Shown here piece after piece: positions 29,320-39,215 of a stretch of DNA of 64,000 nucleotides. The notes under the pieces are model-generated. The model worked only from the letters and a program-made list of their open reading frames with translations, had not been told where the DNA came from and made no database searches. A program made the position numbers and the translations under genes. The stretch's first letter is position 1, and every line of letters begins with the position of its first letter. Source of the stretch: Nitrososphaeria archaeon (GTDB taxonomy: Archaea; Thermoproteota; Nitrososphaeria; JACIWG01); NCBI GenBank assembly GCA_050011875.1, contig JBEKIG010000004.1, positions 128,001-192,000 of the forward strand, in the 5' to 3' direction.

Positions 29320-30354
29320 TCATCTTTCTTTGAGATTGGGGTTTGAAGTAGGTTCTACTTTATGCTTCCACATCTTTGGATAGGTCTCCTGACTCATTAT
29401 CACTCGTTCAGTCTTTACGGCGATCCCCCTTGGGCTTTCTTCTATTTCATCGGAATTCATTACAGCTTTGCCTAAAGCGACAAGCTCACCCTTCAAACTT
29501 AACATGACGACTAGATCACCTCTAGCAATGTTAAATGAAAACTTGGTTAGACCTGGAACAGCAAGCTGAGCGCCATGGCAAACTGCGTCGATTGCGGAAT
29601 CTCTTACAAACACCTTCTTGAAAGGTTGAAGGACACCCTCAATTGGTCTAATAAGGGTTCGAAGATCCTGTTCGTCGTCTTTCTCTTTCCATCTGTGAAC
29701 TGCTTCAGCAAACTCGTGCAACCTGACCAGTCCTTGATCCTCACTTAAGTGATAGACCTTTGTCCTCCTCAGCTCGACCATTGTGGCTCCTACAGCCAGA
29801 ACCTCGCCGATGTCGTACACAAGCTTCCTTATGTAGGTACCTGCTTCACAGTTGATTCTGATAACCATCAAGCGACCAACCTTCTCAATAACATCCATCT
29901 TGTAAATCGTCCTAGGTCTTATCACCCTCTTTACACTTGACTTTTGAGGGGGCCTCTGATAGATGGGGCCTGTAAATTCTTCCAAAACACTGTCAAGTTT
30001 AGCTTGAGGTACATCGTTATGTAATCTAACAACCGACACATATTCTTTTGGACCTAACAGAAAAAGACCTAGAGCCTTTGTAGCGTTCCCCAGTGCGATA
30101 GGTAAAAGGCCTGAAACGCCGGGGTCAAGTGTTCCGCTGTGTCCAGCCTTCTCTTTCTTAAGCATCTTCCTGACCCAGGCTACAACTTCATGACTTGATG
30201 GGCCGCGAGGCTTATCTAGTGGGATAAAACCATAATCAAGGTAAACCTCAATAGGCCTCTTGTCTGGATAAAAGCCATAGCTCTCGTTCGTTTTATCCTC
30301 CGATAGAACGACCATTGATTCCTCCTCTATCTCAGCAGGCATCTTATTGTCCAA
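29320..30354 (-). CDS. cbf5: H/ACA RNA-guided pseudouridine synthase Cbf5 (TruB + PUA)
   Basis: LDKPRGPSSHEV, HSGTLDP, YQRPP, GTYIR, ELRRT, PUA domain. Confidence 0.97.
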   Translation of the reverse strand: MDNKMPAEIEEESMVVLSEDKTNESYGFYPDKRPIEVYLDYGFIPLDKPRGPSSHEVVAWVRKMLKKEKAGHSGTLDPGVSGLLPIALGNATKALGLFLLGPKEYVSVVRLHNDVPQAKLDSVLEEFTGPIYQRPPQKSSVKRVIRPRTIYKMDVIEKVGRLMVIRINCEAGTYIRKLVYDIGEVLAVGATMVELRRTKVYHLSEDQGLVRLHEFAEAVHRWKEKDDEQDLRTLIRPIEGVLQPFKKVFVRDSAIDAVCHGAQLAVPGLTKFSFNIARGDLVVMLSLKGELVALGKAVMNSDEIEESPRGIAVKTERVIMSQETYPKMWKHKVEPTSNPNLKER

Positions 30355-30904
30355 GATTGCTTAACCTTATTTGAATATAGTATTTAAGTATCGAAAAAAC
30401 TTCGTCTTCATTCAAACCCTGAATCGATAGAACGAGGTCGCACATGTTCTTAACATCGTCCAAAGTTATGTTATAATATCTTTTAAAACGATTTATCTCA
30501 CTTGATTCTCTCCCAAGCGTCTCGTTATAGGCTTCTTGATAAGATCTCCCATCCCTTTTTGCTATCCTTTCAATCCTAACATTATCCGGCATAGTGAGGA
30601 ATATTTTTATATTCGCTATACCTTCAAGAAACCAAGCACTCAACATGGAATCGATTGCAACGTTACCCTTCTTACCTTCCTCCACCATTGCACCGTCGAT
30701 TAAACGGTCAATTTTATCAGAATTTTCCGCCATCTCAGACAAAGATAAAAGCGAGAGATTTTTTGATTCGGCAAGACTTCTGAAGATCATGCCGCCTGAA
30801 ACATGTCTTAGGCCAAAGAATTCAGCTATCTTTTTTGCTTGAGTAGTTTTTCCTACACCGTGAAGACCGCTTACCGCAATAACAATGTTACGCGGGTTAG
30901 TCAA
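30344..30904 (-). CDS. cmk: Cytidylate kinase (archaeal type)
   Basis: SGLHGVGKTT P-loop, SGGMIFR, RFKRYY; conserved position. Confidence 0.92.
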   Translation of the reverse strand: MTNPRNIVIAVSGLHGVGKTTQAKKIAEFFGLRHVSGGMIFRSLAESKNLSLLSLSEMAENSDKIDRLIDGAMVEEGKKGNVAIDSMLSAWFLEGIANIKIFLTMPDNVRIERIAKRDGRSYQEAYNETLGRESSEINRFKRYYNITLDDVKNMCDLVLSIQGLNEDEVFSILKYYIQIRLSNLGQ

Positions 30905-31388
30905 GGCTTGTCCCAGCCAGCTTAGTAATCAAGGTCGAGAAGGAGAAGGACGTTATTAGATACCACCAAAAGAGTTGGACGCCTCCGGCGGCAGTCACTA
31001 TAAAAGGTATTTGTATAGGTGACGAGGCAACGACAGATGCACCCCCGATCAGACTAGCTATAAAGTAGTAAATTAACATGAATGGTATTATGAAAATAAA
31101 GGATGCCTTCAGACGCTGATTAGAGGATTTCATCTCCATGTCTCTAACACTCTTCTCCTTCTTTTTTAGCTTCGCTTCTTTTACCTTGTCGCCTTTTTTT
31201 ATCGCATCCATCAGTTCGCCTCTAAACTGTTTGGCTTCGCGGGCAACGCGCCTCATTTCATCGACATTAGTGAGAAGACGCGTAGCCACCTGTGAAATTA
31301 TGTTTAGTCCAACGGACATAGCAACAAGAAGTAGAGTTGAATTTGGGATATCCTTCCATACAATCTGAAGCACTATTGGCTCTAACAT
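30897..31388 (-). CDS. DUF106 / EMC3-TMCO1 (Oxa1 superfamily) membrane protein
   Basis: TM, coiled coil, two TMs, WWYLITS motif; follows secY. Confidence 0.9.
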   Translation of the reverse strand: MLEPIVLQIVWKDIPNSTLLLVAMSVGLNIISQVATRLLTNVDEMRRVAREAKQFRGELMDAIKKGDKVKEAKLKKKEKSVRDMEMKSSNQRLKASFIFIIPFMLIYYFIASLIGGASVVASSPIQIPFIVTAAGGVQLFWWYLITSFSFSTLITKLAGTSLD

Positions 31389-31481
31389 TTCACAAAACTC
31401 TCTTTATACTTCTTAAGGTTTACACCCTGCGAAAAATTATATATACTTTGTGCATACACATATCTTATTAACCTTAAAATA

Positions 31482-32912
31482 TCAACTTCTACCAAGTATA
31501 CCACTTAATCTCGGCATAAGCTCTTCCATCTGCTCCTGCACCAGCGTCTGATAGTATTGGATACCTATATCGACCATGAGAAGGATACCGATACCCGATC
31601 CAAGAACCGAGAACAGGTCAGAGAAACCGGCTAGAAGGCCTATAAAAAGGCCTCCTAATATTGTCAGCGTTGGAATATACTTTGCCAATATCTGGCTAAT
31701 ACTTACTTCAGATCTTCTGAAACCGGGAACCTGAACCCCCGCGTCAACAAGGTTCTTAGCGACCTTTTCGGCCGAGAGGCCACCAATTTCAACCCATATC
31801 TTTGCAAAAACAACACAGAAAGCGGTAATCAGCAGTATAAAGAATAGGCAATGAACTGGATCGGTTATAAGCGAAGAAAGACCTGTGGGCGCTGTTAGGT
31901 AGTAGGCTAACCCCCCTGTTGGCGTAGTTGTTGTGCTGTTAAATTTCCCCAAAAGGTTGAGTAAAGAGTTCTTGTTCTGCGGGTTAAACCTTACCCAAAG
32001 GAACTGGAATATGAAGTTTGCGTCGGTTAAAAGGGCGGATGTCAGTATTATTGGAATGTTAGACACGTAAAGGAATTTAATTGGATAGACACCACCGAAT
32101 CCTCTGTATTTCGCAGAAGTGATAGGTATCTCAACCCTCAACCCTTCCACGTAGACGACGATAAGTATTATAAGCATGGTGACGAGGACGGTCAGAATAG
32201 ATGGATATCCTGAGCTCCTATAAAAGAGTCGGGCTAAGCTCGATGTTGAAGCCTGCTCAATCAAGTATGGAATAAGACCGTAGGCTGAGGTAACATTTAC
32301 TCCCTTTACTACTTCCGTTACCGGAAGAGGACTCAATATTCCCCATATAATCGATACCGCTGCACCGGCGAAAATGAAGAGACTTATACCACTACCTACA
32401 CCCCAACCTTTCTGAACCAGTTCGTCCATCAACATGACGATAACGGTCGCAATGAAAAGCTGAAACATTATGATGATGATTATCTGAGGTGTAAGCGATG
32501 CGCCAAAGACGCCACCTAGTATGAACGCAGAAACCTCCATCAAAGCCACCAGAATCGTCGCGAACTTTGTGGAAGCCGTAAAGGTAGCTCTATCTTCACT
32601 CTTGGTGAGATCCAGTTTAATTATATCCGCACCCTGCAGAAGCTGAACGATCAAACCCGCTGTAACTATTGGACCTATTCCAAGCTCCATCAAAGTGCCT
32701 TGGGCGGAAGCAAAGATTATTCTAGAATATGTCAGAATATCACTTCCCCCTTGGCTAACACCGTACAATGGTATTGAAACCATAACGAAGTATACGACAA
32801 GTACGGCTGCTGTCCACAAAAGGCGTTCATTGAGAGAAAGCTTTTTTATAGGCTTAGGAACTTCAGGCATTATCGTAGCGAAGCTTGTGATGAAGTCGGA
32901 GAAAGCTCCCAA
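31482..32912 (-). CDS. secY: Preprotein translocase SecY
   Basis: GTLMELGIGPIVTAG, KGWGVGSGISLFI, YPIKFLYVSNIP, VPGFR. Confidence 0.98.
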   Translation of the reverse strand: MGAFSDFITSFATIMPEVPKPIKKLSLNERLLWTAAVLVVYFVMVSIPLYGVSQGGSDILTYSRIIFASAQGTLMELGIGPIVTAGLIVQLLQGADIIKLDLTKSEDRATFTASTKFATILVALMEVSAFILGGVFGASLTPQIIIIIMFQLFIATVIVMLMDELVQKGWGVGSGISLFIFAGAAVSIIWGILSPLPVTEVVKGVNVTSAYGLIPYLIEQASTSSLARLFYRSSGYPSILTVLVTMLIILIVVYVEGLRVEIPITSAKYRGFGGVYPIKFLYVSNIPIILTSALLTDANFIFQFLWVRFNPQNKNSLLNLLGKFNSTTTTPTGGLAYYLTAPTGLSSLITDPVHCLFFILLITAFCVVFAKIWVEIGGLSAEKVAKNLVDAGVQVPGFRRSEVSISQILAKYIPTLTILGGLFIGLLAGFSDLFSVLGSGIGILLMVDIGIQYYQTLVQEQMEELMPRLSGILGRS

Positions 32913-32914
32913 GC

Positions 32915-33352
32915 TCAGTTCGACCTTTTAATCAGTCCACCGGCACCAACTATCTTTTCTTTTGCGCTTTCAGTAAAACTGTCAACAACGACCAAATAGA
33001 CACCCCTAAGGGAACCTCCGCCAAGAAGCTTGTCGATTTCTAGGGCCGAAAGATCTAGTACGGGTTTACCCTCTGAGTTTTCAACTTTACCCTGGCTTGA
33101 CAGCCTCTGGTAAAGCTTGTCCAGTGAGCCGACGTTAATCCAGAACCTTGGCTTCGAGCTTTGTGGAGGATGCATGTCATCCTTTCCGAAATGATTTGGA
33201 TCGTACTTCACTGTCCAGCTCCACCTATGTTTGTGGAGCCCTGCATTTCCTACGCCACCCCTCTGTCCTGAAGCTCTGTGTTGACCTACCTGGCCCCAGC
33301 CGTGCGTTCTGGAACCGCGGAGCTTCCTAACTTTTCTAAACCTTGTGGGCAT
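32915..33352 (-). CDS. rpl15: 50S ribosomal protein uL15
   Basis: RKLRGSRTHGWG...GGVGNAG, KLLGGG. Confidence 0.97.
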   Translation of the reverse strand: MPTRFRKVRKLRGSRTHGWGQVGQHRASGQRGGVGNAGLHKHRWSWTVKYDPNHFGKDDMHPPQSSKPRFWINVGSLDKLYQRLSSQGKVENSEGKPVLDLSALEIDKLLGGGSLRGVYLVVVDSFTESAKEKIVGAGGLIKRSN

Positions 33353-33371
33353 CTGATTATCACCTTTAGCT

Positions 33372-33863
33372 TTATTTCTTATTCAATCTGATCTCCAAGA
33401 TTCCGTTGTTATACACCATTTGCATGGCTTTCGTGTCTGCTGTTGCCGGAAGCGCTATAATCTTTTCATACTTTATATCCTTAGTATTGACAGATAAGCG
33501 AATCTCGCTTCCCTTGACACCTAGGTGAATGTCCTCCTTCTTGACACTGGGCACTTCTGCTATGATGACTACCTCCTTACCTCTGTCCATAACTTCGACT
33601 AAGGGCTCTCTGACCTCGGAGATGACTCTGCCCCGCCGTGTTCTGCGGATATTCCCAAATTCTCTTACCTCTGGTTTACCGTCAGGACCCACTGTGACAG
33701 AAAAACCGTATATGTAGGGCGTCTGCTTCCTGTTGCCTCCCTGCTCAGGTTCAACTTCAGCCGTATCAAAATGCTTAAACATTTCATCAACTAGCTCATC
33801 AAATTTATCGTCAAATTCATCGAATACGTCAAACCACTTCTTCCTTCTTTTATCCCAGCTCAA
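33372..33863 (-). CDS. hsp20: Small heat-shock protein Hsp20 (archaeal type)
   Basis: YGFSVTVGPDGKPEVREFGN, REPLVEV, YNNGILEI alpha-crystallin motif; GGAGGT SD. Confidence 0.95.
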   Translation of the reverse strand: MSWDKRRKKWFDVFDEFDDKFDELVDEMFKHFDTAEVEPEQGGNRKQTPYIYGFSVTVGPDGKPEVREFGNIRRTRRGRVISEVREPLVEVMDRGKEVVIIAEVPSVKKEDIHLGVKGSEIRLSVNTKDIKYEKIIALPATADTKAMQMVYNNGILEIRLNKK

Positions 33864-33936
33864 ATCCCTTTACCTCCAAACACCTGCACCATCATGCTAT
33901 TATTATTATATTTTTCAGAAGCCCTTATTAACCTAA

Positions 33937-34410
33937 CTAAACCATTCTAGAAACCAAATACAGTATTCCTTCATTTTCGGCTAATACGCCACCAACCTTG
34001 TACGGCTTCTTTGTTGACCTCTTGAATCCTCCCCTAGGCGGGGCTAGATTAAAGTAATGCTTGACCGTATTAAGTTTATTTAATTGAACAGATCCCTCAA
34101 CAATCCCGTTAACCATTTCGTCGAGGTTCTTGAAGCCTTCTGTCTTTGCCGTGGAATCGTCAACCGATTTACCGTAAATCGTTCTCCCTCTTTTTGTGAT
34201 AAGCGTTTTTGCTGTACTAAAGTTCAATTCGCCCCAAGACAGATGGTCTTTTGCGAGATTTAGCATACCTAGATAGTAATCGTTTTTTGGAACAATCGTA
34301 GCACTGTACCTTCTACGAAGCTTCAATAGTTCAAATGTCTTTCTAATATCATAACGGATATTTACGGTTCCGCTGATTCTAATTACAATTAGCTGCGGCA
34401 TCTTGATCAA
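33937..34410 (-). CDS. rpl30: 50S ribosomal protein uL30
   Basis: VIRISG, GML...SWGE, LAPPRGGF. Confidence 0.95.
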   Translation of the reverse strand: MIKMPQLIVIRISGTVNIRYDIRKTFELLKLRRRYSATIVPKNDYYLGMLNLAKDHLSWGELNFSTAKTLITKRGRTIYGKSVDDSTAKTEGFKNLDEMVNGIVEGSVQLNKLNTVKHYFNLAPPRGGFKRSTKKPYKVGGVLAENEGILYLVSRMV

Positions 34411-35084
34411 TCCCTGATGTGTGATAGAAGATGAAGACTCCTTAGCGCGTCATAGATGGCATATGCGACAGAAGGATAGGTGTTAGTGGCACCGTAGGTT
34501 CTTGTCCAAGCATCCTTTAACCCCGCAAGGGACAAAAGTTTTTTGACGTTCTCACCAGCTACCAATCCTAAGCCTCTCGGGCCTGGAATAATGTCAACGC
34601 GGACGCTTCCACATTTGCCGGTGACCTTGAAAGGAATAGAATGCTGCTGATTGCATTTGCACTCCCAACTGCCGCATCCGAGCTCAACAGGCACAATCTG
34701 CATGAGAGCATCACTTGTTGCCTTGTTTATAGCAGTACGCATCGTCTTAGCCTTACCGGAACCTACACCTAACCATCCATTACCATTGCCCACAGCTAGT
34801 ATAACCCTGAATTTAGTAACTTCTCCTGCGTCGGTCTGCTTCTGTACAACTGTAACGCCGATTACCTCTGTGGTGACATCACCAAGTAAAGTCCTAACTA
34901 TTTCAGGCTCCTTTATCTTGTAACCTAATTCAAAGGTTTCGTGAATGTCGGTGATCTTGCCTTCCGCAACAAGCTTGCCGAGTTTGGTCTTAGGAACCCA
35001 CGACTTCAGAGCTTCTCTGGCGATTTCTTGATCACTCATTCTGCCTCCACTCATTCTGCCTCTACTCATTCTACCTCTACTCAT
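34407..35084 (-). CDS. rps5: 30S ribosomal protein uS5
   Basis: WVPKTKLG, QKQTDAG, GCGSWEC, PGPRGLGLVA. Confidence 0.98.
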   Translation of the reverse strand: MSRGRMSRGRMSGGRMSDQEIAREALKSWVPKTKLGKLVAEGKITDIHETFELGYKIKEPEIVRTLLGDVTTEVIGVTVVQKQTDAGEVTKFRVILAVGNGNGWLGVGSGKAKTMRTAINKATSDALMQIVPVELGCGSWECKCNQQHSIPFKVTGKCGSVRVDIIPGPRGLGLVAGENVKKLLSLAGLKDAWTRTYGATNTYPSVAYAIYDALRSLHLLSHIRD

Positions 35085-35089
35085 TCTAC
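35034..35089 (-). repeat. 15-bp tandem repeat (~3.7 copies) at the rpl18/rps5 junction
   Basis: (A/G)GAGG(T/C)AGAATGAGT units encoding MSRGR-MSRGR-MSGGR-MS. Confidence 0.95.
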
Positions 35090-35677
35090 AACACCTTTTT
35101 TCTCAATAATCGTTTTCTTGACCTTTTCAACTATATTGGACAATTCTTCTATATCCAATCCCTCCCGGATATAGTTCGAGAACCTCTTGTTGTAGAGGTC
35201 AGAGTCGGAAGACTTCAAGTTCTTAGCGTATTCGATGATGTGTCCTCCCTTTATCTTGTGATCGTCTGGAAAAGTTTTTGCATTAGCCTCGATCTTTAAG
35301 CCACTGTCAACAATTCCTTTGATGGCAGCAGCCGCTCTAGAACCTGAAACATAAGGCTCTACACCCATGTAGACGATAACCCTAGAATTAGTTTTGTCCT
35401 TAGCTCTTAATCCAAGTATTAATCCACAAAGGTAGCTTGCGGGAATGCTCTTGCGAGAAAAAGGCCAGTCGAACTTCTGAAGTTGCCTAGAATGCACAGA
35501 TTCGACAACGGTATCACCTTTGGTACTGGCTTTGATCACCTGCAGAAGTATGTTCTTGTTCGACACTCTAATTGATACGAAAGGCAGGCGACTGACTACA
35601 ATCTTCTTCCTAAGATGATAGTCGGTCTTTCCTTCTCTTCTTCTCCTAAATATTTCAATATATCTTACCTTCTTCAA
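35081..35677 (-). CDS. rpl18: 50S ribosomal protein uL18
   Basis: RRRREGKTDY, PASYLCG, GGHI. Confidence 0.97.
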   Translation of the reverse strand: MKKVRYIEIFRRRREGKTDYHLRKKIVVSRLPFVSIRVSNKNILLQVIKASTKGDTVVESVHSRQLQKFDWPFSRKSIPASYLCGLILGLRAKDKTNSRVIVYMGVEPYVSGSRAAAAIKGIVDSGLKIEANAKTFPDDHKIKGGHIIEYAKNLKSSDSDLYNKRFSNYIREGLDIEELSNIVEKVKKTIIEKKGVVE

Positions 35678-35679
35678 TT

Positions 35680-36105
35680 CTATACACCCTTTCTACCCAT
35701 TTCTCTTGCAATTTTATCGAGTCTTTTAACAGTCTTTATCTGGCCACCTTTGATCCATAGATAAAGCTTCTTGTAATTCTCCTTGCTTATGATACCATGC
35801 TTCAGTAAATAGCTCAGATGCTTTCTAAGGGCTCTGACCTTCTTTACCCAGACCTGTTTCTTTCCCTGTCTAGCGCCCTTTGCACCCTTCCTAGATCCGG
35901 CACCTCTCTTACCATTCTTAACACGGGAGCGCGACACCCCCCTTCTTTGCTTAACAATTACCGCCTTCGAATCGATCAGCGATCGGATCTCCGCCCTTGT
36001 AATAGCATCCTGTATACGGTCTCTAGCTTCAGGCATGAGCTTTATTCTTGAAGCTCCTACGCCCAAAGTTCTCGCAATAAGTTCCTTTTTACTTTTGAGA
36101 TTCAA
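35680..36105 (-). CDS. rpl19e: 50S ribosomal protein eL19
   Basis: LGVGASRI, AITRAEIR, GSRKG, WVKKVRALR. Confidence 0.97.
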   Translation of the reverse strand: MNLKSKKELIARTLGVGASRIKLMPEARDRIQDAITRAEIRSLIDSKAVIVKQRRGVSRSRVKNGKRGAGSRKGAKGARQGKKQVWVKKVRALRKHLSYLLKHGIISKENYKKLYLWIKGGQIKTVKRLDKIAREMGRKGV

Positions 36106-36484
36106 CCTTCTTCAACCTCCTCGGGTTAAGTATATGTACACCAAGTTCCTTAGCCTTCCTGACTATTTCAATTCTTTTCTTCCTACCTACTGTTGCAGCT
36201 ATCCTTGCTGCTTCAAGCTTTGGATTAAGCCTTGACAGCTCTTCGACATTATGTACCAGAATATCCCTAAAGCCAGACGGATGCAGCCCTCTAAGCTCTT
36301 TGGGAGAACCATAGCCTACCTTGACCCTCGCGGGCCAACCACTAAACTCCTTTCTGACCTTATTGTCCAAGCCTTTGGGCTTCCGCCAGTTAGGCTTTAG
36401 CCTGACATACCTCCAAGATTCTGGTCTCAGAAACCTCGGCTTCTTTCTAACGTGAACCTTCTTTCCAACCTCAACTTCGCTCAT
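36089..36484 (-). CDS. rpl32e: 50S ribosomal protein eL32
   Basis: FLRPESWRY, WRKPKGLDNK, GLHPSG; likely start MSEVE. Confidence 0.97.
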   Translation of the reverse strand: MSEVEVGKKVHVRKKPRFLRPESWRYVRLKPNWRKPKGLDNKVRKEFSGWPARVKVGYGSPKELRGLHPSGFRDILVHNVEELSRLNPKLEAARIAATVGRKKRIEIVRKAKELGVHILNPRRLKKVESQK

Positions 36485-37001
36485 AGATGTATACACCATC
36501 CAAAAAAACTCTTTGATCTTTCCTTTTAACAGTCGTTGCAGCTTCGATGTTCGCAGCAGTCTGACCTACATCATCTTTCGAAAGCCCCTGAACCACGACG
36601 TCGTCGCCTTCAACAGAAACCTTACATGGGCCAACAATTTTAGCGATTCTTGGGGCTTTTTCCCCGTAGAAATTTTCTATCAGAACATCGCTTCCCTTAA
36701 CCTTCACGGAGATAGGAAAGTGCGCTGATACAACTTTAAGACGATACTTATATCCTCCTGTCACTCCTTTGAACATGTTCCTTAGATGGGAGGAGGCAGT
36801 TCCAAGCACTGCAAGATCGCTTCTCTTATCACTATAGGACTTTATTTTGATCTTCCCCTCAGACATTCCAATATAGACCCTTACCTTTGAAAAGTCTTTC
36901 TTGATCGAACCAAGAGGACCACTTACCGTAAGTATGCTTCCTTCTAGCATAGCGGAAATCTTCTCAGGAATTGGTATTGAAACTTCGGACAAAACAGACA
37001 C
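36471..37001 (-). CDS. rpl6: 50S ribosomal protein uL6
   Basis: VSGPLG, AHFPISV, KDQRVFLDGVY. Confidence 0.97.
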   Translation of the reverse strand: MSVLSEVSIPIPEKISAMLEGSILTVSGPLGSIKKDFSKVRVYIGMSEGKIKIKSYSDKRSDLAVLGTASSHLRNMFKGVTGGYKYRLKVVSAHFPISVKVKGSDVLIENFYGEKAPRIAKIVGPCKVSVEGDDVVVQGLSKDDVGQTAANIEAATTVKRKDQRVFLDGVYIYERS

Positions 37002-37004
37002 CCT

Positions 37005-37406
37005 CTAGTAAATGTACCCCAGAAGCTTTCCTCCTAAACCCTGCTTTCTAGCTTCTATCTGAGATGTTACGCCCTGAGGTGTGGTAACGATTAACATTCC
37101 ATAGTTGAACGATGGAAGATACTTTCTTTCCCAGACATCGTATTCGGTTTTTTGAATACTGTACCTAGGGGTGATAGAACCGCACTTTACGATCTTACCC
37201 AGCAGCTGTACTCTGAACTTTCCTCCACGCCCATCGTCTATGTGTTCGAATTCGCCGATGTACCCGTACTTTTGAAGAATTCGAAGGACTTCCCTTGCAA
37301 GGTTAGATGTTGGTGAGATAATGCATTCCTTCTTCCTTCTAAGTTCGTTGTTGTATATTGTGCTAAAAAGGTTTGGAATTACATTCTTGGCAGGCATCTT
37401 TTTCAC
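37005..37406 (-). CDS. rps8: 30S ribosomal protein uS8
   Basis: GYIGEFEHIDDGRGG, LIVTTPQGV, GGKLLGY. Confidence 0.97.
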   Translation of the reverse strand: MKKMPAKNVIPNLFSTIYNNELRRKKECIISPTSNLAREVLRILQKYGYIGEFEHIDDGRGGKFRVQLLGKIVKCGSITPRYSIQKTEYDVWERKYLPSFNYGMLIVTTPQGVTSQIEARKQGLGGKLLGYIY

Positions 37407-37571
37407 CTATTCATATTTTCTAAAGCCGAGTTTTTCAGCTATTTCACTGAAACACTGCCTGCAATAGTTTAAGTCATACATCTGTATGATGGGACCATAG
37501 GCGCCACATCTCCTACATATTCTTGAACCCTTTCCAAACTTTCTTGGCTTACCATGACGTACCTTCACCAA
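37407..37571 (-). CDS. rps14: 30S ribosomal protein uS14 (zinc-binding)
   Basis: [11 protein letters not shown]...CRQCF...GFRKY; start uncertain (TTG 37571 or GTG 37568). Confidence 0.95.
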   Translation of the reverse strand: MVKVRHGKPRKFGKGSRICRRCGAYGPIIQMYDLNYCRQCFSEIAEKLGFRKYE

Positions 37572-37572
37572 A

Positions 37573-38097
37573 TCAAGCCACCTCAACATTAAAAGTATCC
37601 GTCATAAACTTAATCATTTCATCTCTAGTCACCTTCTGCTTCTTACCGACCTTTGAAGGACACAGCCTGCGTCTGGCAACCCTATAGCCAGGTCGCTCAA
37701 GCTTAACGTTAACGTCAAGCCCGAAAATACCGGTTTCAGGGTCATACTTTATACCTGGAATCTCGAGGTGTTCCTTGATTCCAAAAGAAACGTTTCCTTC
37801 ATCGTCAAAAGAAGAAGTTGGAAGTTTGAGAGCTCTGACTATTAGAAGCCTTTTTAAAAGTTGCACAGCTCCATCGCGCATAACGGTCACCTTTACACCG
37901 ATTGGCTCCCCTTTATGAACACCCCAGTCTCTGACACTTTTCCTAGCCTTTGTCTGAATAGGCTCTCTTCCCGTGATCTGCCTTAAAACTTCCTGCGCCT
38001 TTTCAACGATTTCTCCAGACTTCCCGACACCGATATTTAGCACAACCTTTTGAACGCGGATCTTTCGCATAGGATTATCTGCCTTCTGAGCGCTCAC
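37573..38097 (-). CDS. rpl5: 50S ribosomal protein uL5
   Basis: [35 protein letters not shown]. Confidence 0.98.
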   Translation of the reverse strand: MSAQKADNPMRKIRVQKVVLNIGVGKSGEIVEKAQEVLRQITGREPIQTKARKSVRDWGVHKGEPIGVKVTVMRDGAVQLLKRLLIVRALKLPTSSFDDEGNVSFGIKEHLEIPGIKYDPETGIFGLDVNVKLERPGYRVARRRLCPSKVGKKQKVTRDEMIKFMTDTFNVEVA

Positions 38098-38100
38098 TTA

Positions 38101-38829
38101 CTATTCACCACCCAACGATATAAGAGGTTTCTCTGCACCCACAGCTAAAAGAATACGTACGGGAACTTTTACTGCTGAACCTTCGACATCGACCAAAGCA
38201 GACTTTTGGAAAGTTAGACCACCGGGTAGTATCTTGTTTACGACGCCTAGTTTACCTGATGCTTTGCCTTTCAAGAAGATCACTAAGGAACCCTTATCCA
38301 TCTTAACGTTTGAAACAATTTTATTGTCCGGAATACTTATTAGCAGACTGTCGTCGACGTTCACACCTGTATCTTCCTTAGAAAGGATTGTGCGACCGTC
38401 ATGGAGCCCATAGGAGAAAATGTTTCCACGAACTTTCATCTTAGATTTAACCCTACAGAGCTTCATCTTAGCTGATTCCGAGTCTATGACTACAGGAAAG
38501 AGTATTGAACCTTTCGCGGGAAGAAGGCGAAAAATTTTGCCCATTGATGGAATATTTACGACATCCATTAAACCTACAGGAAACTTTGCATCCCTTCTTA
38601 CAACACCATCGACAATAATTTTGTTTGAATCAATCACGGATCGAGCGCCTCTCATCGTCTTTACGACCTTAATGACATCCCTTAGGAAGGTTGCCAAAGA
38701 GTAGCTAGCGTTGATTGGATGAGGACCTGGAGACTGCTTCAATGCAAATTGGCCTTCTTTACGCGGTATTTTCCAGAAGTTCGGCGCTGCACTTCTCTTC
38801 ATGTGCCTTGAAGAACCCATGCTGCCCAT
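38101..38829 (-). CDS. rps4e: 30S ribosomal protein eS4
   Basis: HMKRSAAP..W, PGPH, FPVGLMDV, LHDGRT. Confidence 0.97.
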   Translation of the reverse strand: MGSMGSSRHMKRSAAPNFWKIPRKEGQFALKQSPGPHPINASYSLATFLRDVIKVVKTMRGARSVIDSNKIIVDGVVRRDAKFPVGLMDVVNIPSMGKIFRLLPAKGSILFPVVIDSESAKMKLCRVKSKMKVRGNIFSYGLHDGRTILSKEDTGVNVDDSLLISIPDNKIVSNVKMDKGSLVIFLKGKASGKLGVVNKILPGGLTFQKSALVDVEGSAVKVPVRILLAVGAEKPLISLGGE

Positions 38830-38831
38830 TA

Positions 38832-39215
38832 CTAGGCACCTCTTGACTTGGGCGTCTTCGACTCAAAACGCGTTTTTCTAAGCTTATCATCTAAGTTTAG
38901 CGAAGTTATCATAACCTTTGAGGCTGTAATCTTCACAGGAGTCTGCTCTCCTTTTACCCTTTCCCTGTAAACTCCTTCAACAGAAATCGTGCCGTTTTCT
39001 ACATGAACACCGGTCACTTTTCCTTCGACTCCGGCATACTCGCCTCTGACAATTTTGACACTATCTCCCTTCTTGATGCGAGCGGTTTTAAAGGCATATT
39101 TTGTGCGCAAGTCGTCTGACAACCGGGCATTAATAATTTTACCTAACTTATGCAGCGGTGCGTTGAACATCCTACTTCTAACCTTCGATGGTTTATCAGA
39201 GGACATGCCAATCAC
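38832..39215 (-). CDS. rpl24: 50S ribosomal protein uL24
   Basis: NAPLH, KGDSVKIVRG KOW motif. Confidence 0.97.
   Translation of the reverse strand: MIGMSSDKPSKVRSRMFNAPLHKLGKIINARLSDDLRTKYAFKTARIKKGDSVKIVRGEYAGVEGKVTGVHVENGTISVEGVYRERVKGEQTPVKITASKVMITSLNLDDKLRKTRFESKTPKSRGA

Noticed and set aside
35034-35089. Repeat considered as a mini-CRISPR
   Set aside because: Head-to-tail units with no spacers, within coding sequence; no cas genes or spaced repeats in the window
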